A stretch of 50,365 bases of DNA, from NCBI GenBank assembly GCA_011364905.1, contig RDNZ01000011.1, positions 1-50,365 of the forward strand, in the 5' to 3' direction. The stretch's first letter is position 1. The number at the start of each line of letters is the position of its first letter. This stretch comes from Candidatus Thorarchaeota archaeon (GTDB taxonomy: Archaea > Asgardarchaeota > Thorarchaeia > Thorarchaeales > Thorarchaeaceae). The translations under genes were made by a program, and so were the position numbers. The notes under the pieces are model-generated. The model saw only the letters and a list, made by a program, of their open reading frames with translations. It had not been told where the DNA came from and searched no databases. Positions 29,201 to 37,619 of this stretch are shown here, in pieces.

Positions 29201-29315
29201 GCGGTGTGAGGGGTGTGGTGCATGTTGTGCCATCTGTCCCACTGGAGCTCGAGACCTCCGTTGGTGGAGGGAAAAGAGCATACTACAAGAAACTGAAGAG
29301 ATGCTGAGGGAGTGA
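26211..29315 (+). CDS. hdrA: Large HdrA-like flavoprotein with two FAD modules
   Basis: Two GGGxxG FAD motifs, CVGSR/CxxxCC twice, inserted 2x[4Fe-4S] ferredoxin, internal GVFICHCG domain, C-terminal ferredoxin. Confidence 0.92.
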   Translation: MVSKSAKKAEHKTKPTDVLVIGGGMAGINASLGLANGGHHAHMIEKSVNIGGNYVAIYKIFPALECSACVMTPLTSFVGKHPNITIHPLSTVEKVTGKAGDFTVTIRKRARYVNEEKCTGCQLCIRSCPVEVPNEYDKGLSLRKAIYMNFPQQIPLIATIDRDACIGCGTCASVCPQDCIMYDDKDKVYELNVGSIIMATGFQEYRPLDYGEYGYGIYPNVVTSLEYDRQSHPTGPTDSHMVRPSDGKEPEKILFVNCVGSRDVRENISGYSKHCNRVCCSFGLKLAQVTRMHYPEDHCKIIYTYMDMRTAGKALEEFLWDSQKNRGIDFIRGRVSEIQENPDTHDLFVKMENTDTGEIIEIDDISMVVLNASFRPSEGSAELAKILNIDLDEAGWVKEKHANAAALETNRPGVFVAGCAHGPRDGTDSVNEGKGAAMAAHSILPVPTPEPVPEIPPAELGDEPRVGVFICHCGGIIGNEISSPGLAEWAKDLPHVAYATDYIFMCSDPGQQLVTDAIKEHKLNRVVVGSCSPLQHESTFRHALEAAGLSGYYLVGPVGLREHLALVHVSEDPEVRQEKAQDMIRSAVAKAINNEEVPLKKVEVTPVSMVVGGGVSGMTAALDIARKGFNVVLVEKQDKLGGRLNELSHVFPKLESAQDIVDDLISRTEKNKRIQVLLNSKVVERDGAYGNYDITVANTESGERSVHRIGSMVITVGNDVYEPKQGEYGWGEVPGVISTLELERRLRNGEIKKPPKNPVFIHCVGSRQNPGEGNRYCSRVCCSAVIAMQHQLVEMFPEIKIFSAFKEHIRPFPKGMEEMWRENRQNGVAYLRWVREQPVTVEKDPDGDSAIVTVYDTLLQQTIKIKSDMVVLALGLEAPHDVNEFAKAMGINRGQDGFLAEMHMKYKPVETTVPGVFLGVTYAKSIGDSINQARAAASEACIPLNLGTVEIELLTAEVNQDLCVGCDLCHYSDICPYDAISMMEVEPGVKKSVTDEMRCEGCGACCAICPTGARDLRWWREKSILQETEEMLRE

Positions 29316-29319
29316 AACC

Positions 29320-29892
29320 TTGGTCTCACTAGATGGACTTCTGGCGGGTTGGGCAGTTCTGAATGACTTATTGGGGGCTCTGAAAGAGAAGGACGTCTTC
29401 ATTCCTGATCTGACCTATGCGGACCTCAGAAACTCAAAGATGAGTTTAGAGTATCTCCGTTCATTCGAGAGCGAGATTAAGTCTGGATTACAGAGCGAAG
29501 ACGACAATCGGCTTCAGACTGAAATGGAGATTCAAATTCAAAGGCTTCGAGATACACTCATGGTCTGGGCTGAGGAGAAAGCAGGTGCCGAGTATAGGAA
29601 ATCATGGGATGTACGATTCGACAGTGCAATCAGAGGAGAGAGTGAGAAATACAAACCTGAACCTCAAGTGCACATCTCAGACATTCCTAGGGACAAAGAT
29701 GTAGGATTCTTCCGTATCAAGTTGCCAGAAGACATCCCAGTGGAGATTGTTTCTGAGATGGCAGAAGACTGTATGGTGAACATCTCATTGGATGGTGAGA
29801 GACACCTTCAGGTAAGTGGCAAGAGAGAATGCGTCAGGGATGCAATGAAGAGACTTGGGCAGCTTTTCTATGGCGATAGCAAGCTAGAGTAA
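29320..29892 (+). CDS. DUF2096-like protein
   Basis: W.VL.DL, DLR..K and PRDK...RIKLP pattern resembles archaeal DUF2096 (recalled, not searched). Confidence 0.65.
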   Translation: MVSLDGLLAGWAVLNDLLGALKEKDVFIPDLTYADLRNSKMSLEYLRSFESEIKSGLQSEDDNRLQTEMEIQIQRLRDTLMVWAEEKAGAEYRKSWDVRFDSAIRGESEKYKPEPQVHISDIPRDKDVGFFRIKLPEDIPVEIVSEMAEDCMVNISLDGERHLQVSGKRECVRDAMKRLGQLFYGDSKLE

Positions 29893-29907
29893 TGGCTTGT
29901 TGGGGTT

Positions 29908-30783
29908 CTAGATTCCAAGTATTTGTTTGATTGGATCCAATGGCACCCTGTTCAGTTCATAACCTAGAGGCTCAGGATCAATGCCCATAGCCAGACCCAA
30001 AACTTGAGTGACGAAAAGAGCTGGTAACTCTATGGAATTGCCTTCGTCATCCTTAAGCCCGAGTTGTTGAATGTCAAACTGGGTGTGGCACGCGGGGCAG
30101 TTTGTGACAACACAGTTGGCTCCCGCACCATTGGCAGATATCATTTTCTCTCGGAGTATCTTTGTCGCAACCTCTTCGCTTGAAATGAGGAGTGGCGAAC
30201 CACAGCAGCTTAGTTTACGGTCCCAATGAACACTGGTTGCTCCAGTCAGTTCAATCAATTCATCGACCTTTTGAGGTAACTCAGGATCATCAAAACCTGC
30301 GACAATGGATGGACGTATGAGGTGGCAACCGGGGTGAAAGGCGACCTTCAGGCCATCCAAGCGCTTGACAATCTTCTTCTCAATCTCATCCTTCATGTCA
30401 TAGAGGACTTCAACAAAGTGACGGATTTTGACCTTTCCTGTATACTCCAAGCCTAGTGGCTTGAGGGCAGCATTGACTTTTTTCCTGTACGAATCGTCAT
30501 CATGAAGGACATGATCAGTGTCTTTTAGAGAACCAAAGCAGCCGTTGCAAGGAGTGACTATGTTATGGCCTCTCTGTCCTGCCAATGCAATGTTTCGACC
30601 AGAAAGTGAGAGCCAGCTAGTTTCATCAATCGACTTGAGAACAACAGTCCCGCAGCATGATGCACCATCAAAGTCTATTAGCTTAATACCAAGCTCCTTT
30701 GCAACTGCGCGCATGGAGGACTCATAGTTGTTGAATCTGCTTGGAATTGCACAACCGAGAAAAACTTCGTAACTCTGAGTCAT
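29908..30783 (-). CDS. hdrB: HdrB-like subunit (divergent type)
   Basis: Two CCG domains: FLGC, SCCG, PCNGC, HPGCH, SCCG, NCPACH. Confidence 0.9.
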   Translation of the reverse strand: MTQSYEVFLGCAIPSRFNNYESSMRAVAKELGIKLIDFDGASCCGTVVLKSIDETSWLSLSGRNIALAGQRGHNIVTPCNGCFGSLKDTDHVLHDDDSYRKKVNAALKPLGLEYTGKVKIRHFVEVLYDMKDEIEKKIVKRLDGLKVAFHPGCHLIRPSIVAGFDDPELPQKVDELIELTGATSVHWDRKLSCCGSPLLISSEEVATKILREKMISANGAGANCVVTNCPACHTQFDIQQLGLKDDEGNSIELPALFVTQVLGLAMGIDPEPLGYELNRVPLDPIKQILGI

Positions 30784-30784
30784 C

Positions 30785-31303
30785 TTACTCCTCCACCTCC
30801 AGCTTCATGAGCTTGTTCTTATCTAGCAACTTCTTTGTGTCTGCTATGTTCAACTCAGGAACCGGGTCTAACCCGAGATCGTCACGCTCCCATTCTGTAG
30901 GAGCATATAGTCGTCCTGTGTCGTAGAGGGATTGACGAGCTCCGATGTAACCTGCAGGTGTAATTCCCTTCTTGAAGGCCAGGTTCTTCAGGCCGAACAA
31001 GATGTCAGTGATCTCAATTCCCTGCGGGCAACGTTGCTGACATGTATAGCATGTGGTGCAAAGCCACACCATATCGGTTTCGAGAACTTCTTTTAGACCA
31101 AACAGGAGCATCCGCATGACTTCATGTATCTGGATGTTCACCTTGTCTGACACCGGACACCCAGCACTACACTTGGCACACTGGAAACAAGTAGTGAGGT
31201 CTTGTCCACCAATAAGTTTGGAAACCTCATTCGTGAACTCAGCGTCCAATGCTTTGAACTTTTTACCATCAAATGACTTGAATTGACCCCAAGACTCGGT
31301 CAC
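30785..31303 (-). CDS. hdrC: HdrC subunit
   Basis: CFQCAKCSAGCP and WLCTTCYTCQQRCP. Confidence 0.9.
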   Translation of the reverse strand: MTESWGQFKSFDGKKFKALDAEFTNEVSKLIGGQDLTTCFQCAKCSAGCPVSDKVNIQIHEVMRMLLFGLKEVLETDMVWLCTTCYTCQQRCPQGIEITDILFGLKNLAFKKGITPAGYIGARQSLYDTGRLYAPTEWERDDLGLDPVPELNIADTKKLLDKNKLMKLEVEE

Positions 31304-31305
31304 TC

Positions 31306-34300
31306 TTATCGCCTCCTCGGTCGCAATGGACTTGGCCCAAGCTTGTCAGCCAGGTCCGCAAGTTTCCGAACGGTTTCTGCCCAGATAGAACCCTCGCTCG
31401 CGCTAATGTGTGTAAACTGGAGCCGATCAGGCTCAAGCCCTGCTTTCTCGATGATTTTCTTTGCAATGGCATATCTACGCTCAAACGTGATGTTTCCATC
31501 TACATAGTGACAGTCGCCTATATGGCACCCCGATATCCAGACCATATCAGCACCAAGTCGGAATGCCTCCAAGATGTGCTGTACGCTCACACGCCCCGTA
31601 CACATGACACGAATGTCCCGCACATTCGGTGGCTGCTGGAAACGCGATACCCCGGCACTGTCAGCCCCCGCATATGAGCACCAGTTACAGAGGACCGTTA
31701 GAATCCTTGAGTCGTTAGCAGGCATACTCTCCAAGGCTGTACGAATCTCGGAGATAATCTGGTCATCAGTGAAATGCTTCATGGTGATAGCGCCTGAGGG
31801 ACATCCTGCGCCACACTTACCACAGCCTTGACAGAGCACTGGATTCGTGACCGCATAGTCATGCCCTCCATCTCCGGGGACTACCTCGATTGCGTTGTAT
31901 GCGCAGTTAATCTCGCATGTTCCACAACCGACGCATATCTCAGGATCCACAACGGAAACTATGGCTTCAGCCTTTCTTATACCTCTGATGAGTGGGACAA
32001 GTGCTCTCGAGGCTGCAGCCTGACCCTGAGCGATTGACTCACCGATTTTTTTCGGTGCCGTTGCCGTCCCCGCCACATATACGCCATCAGTCTGGAAGTC
32101 CACAGGCCGAAGTTTTGGATGTGCCTCCATGAAAAATCCGGAAAGATTCAATGGTACCTTGAACAGCTCAGAGAGTTCCTTGTTGGGGCGTGGCACCATG
32201 GCAGTGGCAAGGACAACATGATCAAGATCAATGGCAAGTTCGACACCTAGAATCTGGTCCATCGCAGTTATGCTCAAGGCTTTGTCTTTACCCTTTTTGA
32301 CAGCAGGCGGAGAGTCTTTATCAAATCTGATAAAAACAACGCCTCTTTTGCGGGCCTCTCGATACTTGTCTTCAGCATCATAGAATACTCGGAGATCGCG
32401 GTAGAAATGGAATACCCGCGAGTTAGGATATTTGTCAAGAAGTTCCAGGGTGTGCTCGAGCGCTACAGTACAACATATACTGGAACACCAAGTTCTGGAA
32501 CCTTCAAGTGATGCCTCCTCTCGGGAACCCGCGCAGTGAATGACTCCAAATGTTTCACCATCCTGCAAGCCCTCACCACTCGCTATGCGATTGTTGAGCT
32601 CGGTTTCCGTCATCACTTCCGGAAGTTTTTGCAGTCCATAGAGACCCTTCTCTTCTAGCGCAACAGCACCGGTGGTGACAATCACGACCCCAACTTTCAC
32701 GGTTTCTTTCTTCTTCCCTGTCCTGATAACGACCTCGAATTCACCGATTGACCCTTTTGCATCCACAACCTCGGAGTTCAACATCAGTTTGATGTTCTCC
32801 TTCCCAGAAATCCGACCTTCATAGTCAGCCACTATTTCCGAGGTAGGTCTGTTATCGAAATCTACTGTGGCGAGCTCGTTGAGATAACCACCTACCCGAT
32901 CTTGCTTCTCCACTAGATAGACATTGAATCCCTTTTTAGCAATCACTTCGGTTGCAGCCATTCCAGCAATGCCGGCACCAATGATGAGAGCTGATGGCTC
33001 TATCTGAGTCACAGCTTCTTCCTGTGGCTCGAGAAGCTTTGCTCTTGAAACAGACATGCGAACCAGGTCCATAGCTTTCAAGGTGGCCTCATCCTTGTCA
33101 GACTGATGGACCCAAGAACAGTGTTCACGAATATTGGCGAGTTCGAACAGGTATTTGTTTAGTCCAGCCTCTTCGATGGTAGCTCTGAACAGTGGTTCAT
33201 GAGTTCTTGGAGTGCATGATGCGACTACCAAACGATTGAGTTTGTGTTCCTTTATCGCATCCTTGATGACAACCTGTGCATCTGACGAACATGAATAGAG
33301 AAGGTTCTCAGCATAGACTACGTTGGGCAGAGTACTGGCATATCGAGTGACCTCGCCAACATCCACCGTCCCAGCGATATTGATACCGCACGAACAGATG
33401 ACTACGCCAATTCGTGGTTCTGCAGTCATAAGCTCCAAGTCTTCTTCCGTCAACGCCTCTGTTTCATCACCCTGTGGAATGCTAATATCGAGAGCCGCAA
33501 GCGCCGCGGCAGCGCTCCCTTGAGCGACAGAGTCGGGGATGTCTTTTGGCATATGGACTGCGCCACACATATGGACACCCGGTACACCTGTTTCAGAGAT
33601 CATTAGAGACTTCGCATCAGGATGCAAGAAGCCGGACTCGTCTGTTTTGAGCCCCAGTTGTTCGAACACAGGTGTGCGAGCAGAAGGAACCATTGCAGGA
33701 CAAAGTACAACGAGATCGTACGTGTCAACCAAAACACTGTGACCCTTTGCATCACTATGTCGGACTATGAGGTTTCCAGAGCCATATTCTTCCTGAATTT
33801 CACTCGGTATCCCCTTTACATAATGAATATCGTACTCTGTTTCACCCCTGACAAGAAACTCCTCGAAGCCCTTACCAAACACTCGCAAGTCATTGTACAA
33901 TACATCGATGTGGACCTCAGGGGTGTGCTCCTTCGTAATGATAGCTTCCTTTGTTGCATAGGTACAGCATATCTTTGAACAGTAAGAACAATGGTTTATG
34001 TCTCTTGAACCCACACATTGAATGAAGGCTATCCGGTGAGGCTCACGACCATCTGATGGGCGCATTACAACGCCACCAGTTGGTCCACTTGCTGACACCA
34101 TCCGTTCATATTCAAGAGCGTTGACGACGTTGGGGAATCGGCCATAACCATATTCTGGAACACTTGCCGGGTCAAGTAGGTCATAACCTGTAGCTACGAT
34201 TATTGAACCTGCATTTATCACTCTCGTTTCATCAGCAATCTCAAAGTTGATGGCCTCAGCCTTGCAGGTCTTTTCACAGACCATGCATTCTATGCAGTTC

Positions 34301-34761
34301 TCGACATCAATGGTAGCTATATTCGGTACTGCCTGCGGAAACGGGATATAGGCTGCCTTTCGCATTTTGAGACCAAGGTCATATTCGTTTGGCACCTCTA
34401 TTGGACAGACTCTCTGACAATCACCACAGCCAGTGCACTTCTCTGAGTCTACTCGACGGGTATGAGTCAACACCTTGACGGTGAAGTCACCCTGTTTGCC
34501 TGTGACCTCAGTCACTTCGGAGTAGGCAAGAATCTCAATATTTGGATGACGCGAGGAGTCAACCATCCATGGACCTTGGATACACATACTACAATCCAGT
34601 GTGGGAAATGTCTTGTCGAGCTGAGACATATGACCCCCGATAGAGGGCTTTTTCTCAACTAGAAACACCTTGACTCCCATTTCGGCGAGATCGAGTGCTG
34701 CACGCATTCCTGAGATACCGGCGCCAATAACGACGACTGGTTTCGATATGGGCTCAGCCAT
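31306..34761 (-). CDS. hdrA: Large HdrA-like protein with two FAD modules, fused to C-terminal MvhD
   Basis: KTFPTLDCSMC, two FAD modules, EAHPKLRPVD, MvhD motifs CNWCSYAGAD, RVMCTGRV, GCHIGDCHY. Confidence 0.93.
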   Translation of the reverse strand: MAEPISKPVVVIGAGISGMRAALDLAEMGVKVFLVEKKPSIGGHMSQLDKTFPTLDCSMCIQGPWMVDSSRHPNIEILAYSEVTEVTGKQGDFTVKVLTHTRRVDSEKCTGCGDCQRVCPIEVPNEYDLGLKMRKAAYIPFPQAVPNIATIDVENCIECMVCEKTCKAEAINFEIADETRVINAGSIIVATGYDLLDPASVPEYGYGRFPNVVNALEYERMVSASGPTGGVVMRPSDGREPHRIAFIQCVGSRDINHCSYCSKICCTYATKEAIITKEHTPEVHIDVLYNDLRVFGKGFEEFLVRGETEYDIHYVKGIPSEIQEEYGSGNLIVRHSDAKGHSVLVDTYDLVVLCPAMVPSARTPVFEQLGLKTDESGFLHPDAKSLMISETGVPGVHMCGAVHMPKDIPDSVAQGSAAAALAALDISIPQGDETEALTEEDLELMTAEPRIGVVICSCGINIAGTVDVGEVTRYASTLPNVVYAENLLYSCSSDAQVVIKDAIKEHKLNRLVVASCTPRTHEPLFRATIEEAGLNKYLFELANIREHCSWVHQSDKDEATLKAMDLVRMSVSRAKLLEPQEEAVTQIEPSALIIGAGIAGMAATEVIAKKGFNVYLVEKQDRVGGYLNELATVDFDNRPTSEIVADYEGRISGKENIKLMLNSEVVDAKGSIGEFEVVIRTGKKKETVKVGVVIVTTGAVALEEKGLYGLQKLPEVMTETELNNRIASGEGLQDGETFGVIHCAGSREEASLEGSRTWCSSICCTVALEHTLELLDKYPNSRVFHFYRDLRVFYDAEDKYREARKRGVVFIRFDKDSPPAVKKGKDKALSITAMDQILGVELAIDLDHVVLATAMVPRPNKELSELFKVPLNLSGFFMEAHPKLRPVDFQTDGVYVAGTATAPKKIGESIAQGQAAASRALVPLIRGIRKAEAIVSVVDPEICVGCGTCEINCAYNAIEVVPGDGGHDYAVTNPVLCQGCGKCGAGCPSGAITMKHFTDDQIISEIRTALESMPANDSRILTVLCNWCSYAGADSAGVSRFQQPPNVRDIRVMCTGRVSVQHILEAFRLGADMVWISGCHIGDCHYVDGNITFERRYAIAKKIIEKAGLEPDRLQFTHISASEGSIWAETVRKLADLADKLGPSPLRPRRR

Positions 34762-35257
34762 TATTCTGTCACTCCGAAGAGGTATTGCGTCGATTCAGAC
34801 CGCCCGATAAAATGTTTACCATCCGACACTAATAATATGAAAGCCATTGGCAAATATTGAATGGCGCCAAACTTTGGGTGTTAACTATTTTTAACCCATG
34901 CACTTAATATTACATGGATAACGTCCCAACATTATGAAGGCGACTAGGCTCTACACTCGAGCTTACCTCACCCAAATAAAATACCGGGAGGACTTGCATC
35001 GGACTGACGATCTCAGTAAAATTGAGATAGTCAACTTCTCGAGACCTCCAAAAATCCATTCAAGTTGATGACTGTTTTTTCTATCTTTTTGCTTGTAGTC
35101 GAATTAGTGCCAATAATCATAATGAAGCATTCTGAAGTGTCTTAAAGGCCTGTAGTTCAAAAGGACCGCTATGAGCGCTTCTTGTACTTCTTATTGTGTA
35201 GGTTGCTCAATGGTTATTATAAATAGAAATGAGAAGACTTGTTTGGTGAATGATTAG

Positions 35258-36502
35258 TTGAAGAGAAGACCATTACTCGGACACGTATTACTTCTTTCAA
35301 TTCTGTTCATGCTCGTTTCATCCTTTGCCACTGTAAGCGCGTTCACGCTGAGTGATGGAGGTGATGACCAGCATGATGACACGAGCGAACCGACTGAAAA
35401 TCGAGATTCTGATGGAACAGTCAGTATACAGACCGATGTCATGACTATAGTGCTCAACCCCCATCTACCATCTTATCAGTACTGGTACACCCCAGATGAT
35501 AATGGATCTCTGGCTCGATTCATGGTCAACTTCATGATGATTGTGGAGTTTGAGGACAGCAATGGTGATGGTGTATACCAACCTAATGAAACACTTGCTT
35601 TCGCGCCTCTTGATGCGTTTGATTGGAACCTTCAGACTGGGACAGTCAAAAACGGGGATGGCCAGAATATCGAGGTATACAGTTCCTACACGAAGGGTGG
35701 TCTAAGTGACCATTGGGAGGATGACTGGTTTAAGAATTGGATGCCGGGATACAACAATCCTGAGGAGCAACAGCCATCTATCCTATCTGATGAGGGTAGC
35801 AACGATTACAACTTCTCCAGATTCGAGCATATGACACTGCAGTTCTATAGTCATATCTACATGAACAACTACACTGGTACTGTGACCGATGATGGAGGCA
35901 TTAAGGCAACCTACATGGTTTTGGGCGGAGTAGAACTCAAGATTGACATCGGAATCGGGAACTTTCCATTCCTATCCACAACATCAAAGGTGGCTGTACT
36001 GAACTATCTGCGCGAGGATGTTGCTTCTAGTGAGGAACACGATCACTACTTTGTCATGCACGAAGATACTGGCGACTATGAACATGACTCCAGTGAAACA
36101 ATGCAGCAGCTCGGAGAAGTTTTCAAGAATCACGATGAGAACCATGATGGCATTGGTGATACAACACAGGAGATTTCATTAGTTGAAGCCACAACAGATG
36201 TCACCCGCGGTTTCTATACCTGGTTGAATACTGCCGTAATGACCATGCTGAATGGATCACAGGTCGCAGTTGATGTGGGAGCCTCGTTTTGGACAGATGG
36301 CAATGGTCTCCTACTCTTCTTTGCATATCCCAATTTTGATGGAGGATCAATCCTTCATGACCCATCATTGAAACTTATTGAAGGTGGTTCACCTTACACG
36401 CCGCCGGTTGGTCTGTTTAACATACCAATCGAGTACTATGCCTTATTTGGTGCCACAGTCGTTTTGATTGCAATTGTCGGCTTCGCAGTCAAACGCCGTT
36501 GA
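35258..36502 (+). CDS. Secreted acidic protein with C-terminal TM anchor
   Basis: Signal peptide, DSNGDG motif, C-terminal TM followed by KRR. Confidence 0.8.
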   Translation: MKRRPLLGHVLLLSILFMLVSSFATVSAFTLSDGGDDQHDDTSEPTENRDSDGTVSIQTDVMTIVLNPHLPSYQYWYTPDDNGSLARFMVNFMMIVEFEDSNGDGVYQPNETLAFAPLDAFDWNLQTGTVKNGDGQNIEVYSSYTKGGLSDHWEDDWFKNWMPGYNNPEEQQPSILSDEGSNDYNFSRFEHMTLQFYSHIYMNNYTGTVTDDGGIKATYMVLGGVELKIDIGIGNFPFLSTTSKVAVLNYLREDVASSEEHDHYFVMHEDTGDYEHDSSETMQQLGEVFKNHDENHDGIGDTTQEISLVEATTDVTRGFYTWLNTAVMTMLNGSQVAVDVGASFWTDGNGLLLFFAYPNFDGGSILHDPSLKLIEGGSPYTPPVGLFNIPIEYYALFGATVVLIAIVGFAVKRR

Positions 36503-36510
36503 AGAACCCA

Positions 36511-36540
36511 GGAGGGAGGTGACTCCCTCCACTATCTTTC
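36511..36540 (+). terminator. GC-rich hairpin after the stop codon
   Basis: ggagggag-gtga-ctccctcc, followed by actatctttc. Confidence 0.6.
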
Positions 36541-36582
36541 TATAGAACCGGAGTATTCATAGAGGGAATAGAATTAGAAGAT

Positions 36583-37611
36583 GTGGTTCAGATGTTCAGC
36601 AACAAGCGGGCTATGATTGAGGTTGTTCTCACTCTCGTGGTCCTGTTATATGCAAGTTCGTTTGTACAGGTTAACGGGCTGCAGGTAGGTAACCAAGACA
36701 TCCTTATGACTAACATGAACATCATGACCACACTTGGAACGGATTGCGATACTACAGTAAACATTGAGTCTGAAGTGCTGAATGTTGGATCTACAGATTA
36801 TGATCACTTTGACATCAGGGTTGATGTAAGGAATCTCAATGTGTCCGAAGCACTATTGAATGGAACTGCTGTCCAGACTGAAATAATTCCTCAGAGCAAT
36901 TACATGGTCGTGCGACTATTTCCGATTAGTCCAATGGCAGTAGGCACTGAGTTCATACTCGATCTCAACCTTACGACGCAATGTCTCCAAGAAAACATTG
37001 GTTTAAGCGAAGACGGACAAATGTATCTGAATCATCTAATCTACTACATTAGACCTCTCAATGAGATTCAAAACCTAACGTTCGCAGTTGCCCTTCCAGC
37101 ACACGCGGCACTGCGGACAGGGGTTCCAGCTCCTCTTTTTCCAAGCCCATCTTCGAACTACACAAATGGACAAAACACTGTTTATGTTTGGTTCAATGAG
37201 CAGCTGCTACCTGGGCAAGAAGTTGCCTATGTTGTGAAATACGAGATTCCCGCAGCAAGCATGCAGATGGGGCAGACTCCTCTGGGTCTTTCCCAATTGA
37301 TTCCCCTTGGTGCCTTGTTCCTCATACTTGGAGCTGCTGTTACTCTCTTCATAGAACGCATTCCTCTAATAATCAAGCGTTTCAAGACTAGGACCATAGT
37401 CACACCAATCAGACTCTCTAGACAAGAAGAGGACGTTCTGTCATTTCTAACAAAGAAAGGCGGCTCTTGTTCTCAGCGGGAGATCTACGAAGAGCTCAAT
37501 ATCTCACAGTCTCTGGCAAGTACAATCTTGACCTCACTAGAGGATAGGAAACTGATTCGAAGATTCAGAGAGGGAAGAGAGAACATGGTTCACATCATGG
37601 AAGACATATGA
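36583..37611 (+). CDS. Membrane-anchored regulator: extracellular domain, TM, C-terminal wHTH (COG2512-like)
   Basis: Signal peptide, beta-rich domain with N-x-S/T sequons, TM, then LSRQEEDVL...SQREI...ISQS..STILTSLEDRKLIRRFREGREN. Confidence 0.82.
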   Translation: MVQMFSNKRAMIEVVLTLVVLLYASSFVQVNGLQVGNQDILMTNMNIMTTLGTDCDTTVNIESEVLNVGSTDYDHFDIRVDVRNLNVSEALLNGTAVQTEIIPQSNYMVVRLFPISPMAVGTEFILDLNLTTQCLQENIGLSEDGQMYLNHLIYYIRPLNEIQNLTFAVALPAHAALRTGVPAPLFPSPSSNYTNGQNTVYVWFNEQLLPGQEVAYVVKYEIPAASMQMGQTPLGLSQLIPLGALFLILGAAVTLFIERIPLIIKRFKTRTIVTPIRLSRQEEDVLSFLTKKGGSCSQREIYEELNISQSLASTILTSLEDRKLIRRFREGRENMVHIMEDI

Positions 37612-37619
37612 AGTTAAAT

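Noticed and set aside
29313-29366. Selenocysteine read-through of the hdrA1 TGA, since Asgard HdrA/MvhD can be selenoproteins
   Set aside because: Read-through adds only 16 residues (NLGLTRWTSGGLGSSE) before another TGA, with no MvhD similarity. The candidate Sec positions in both HdrA proteins and in MvhD are Cys.
34930-35070. SECIS-like element in the hdrA2 upstream gap (also considered at 45403-45466)
   Set aside because: No convincing AUGA/GA core with correct helix spacing, and no adjacent gene with an in-frame UGA.
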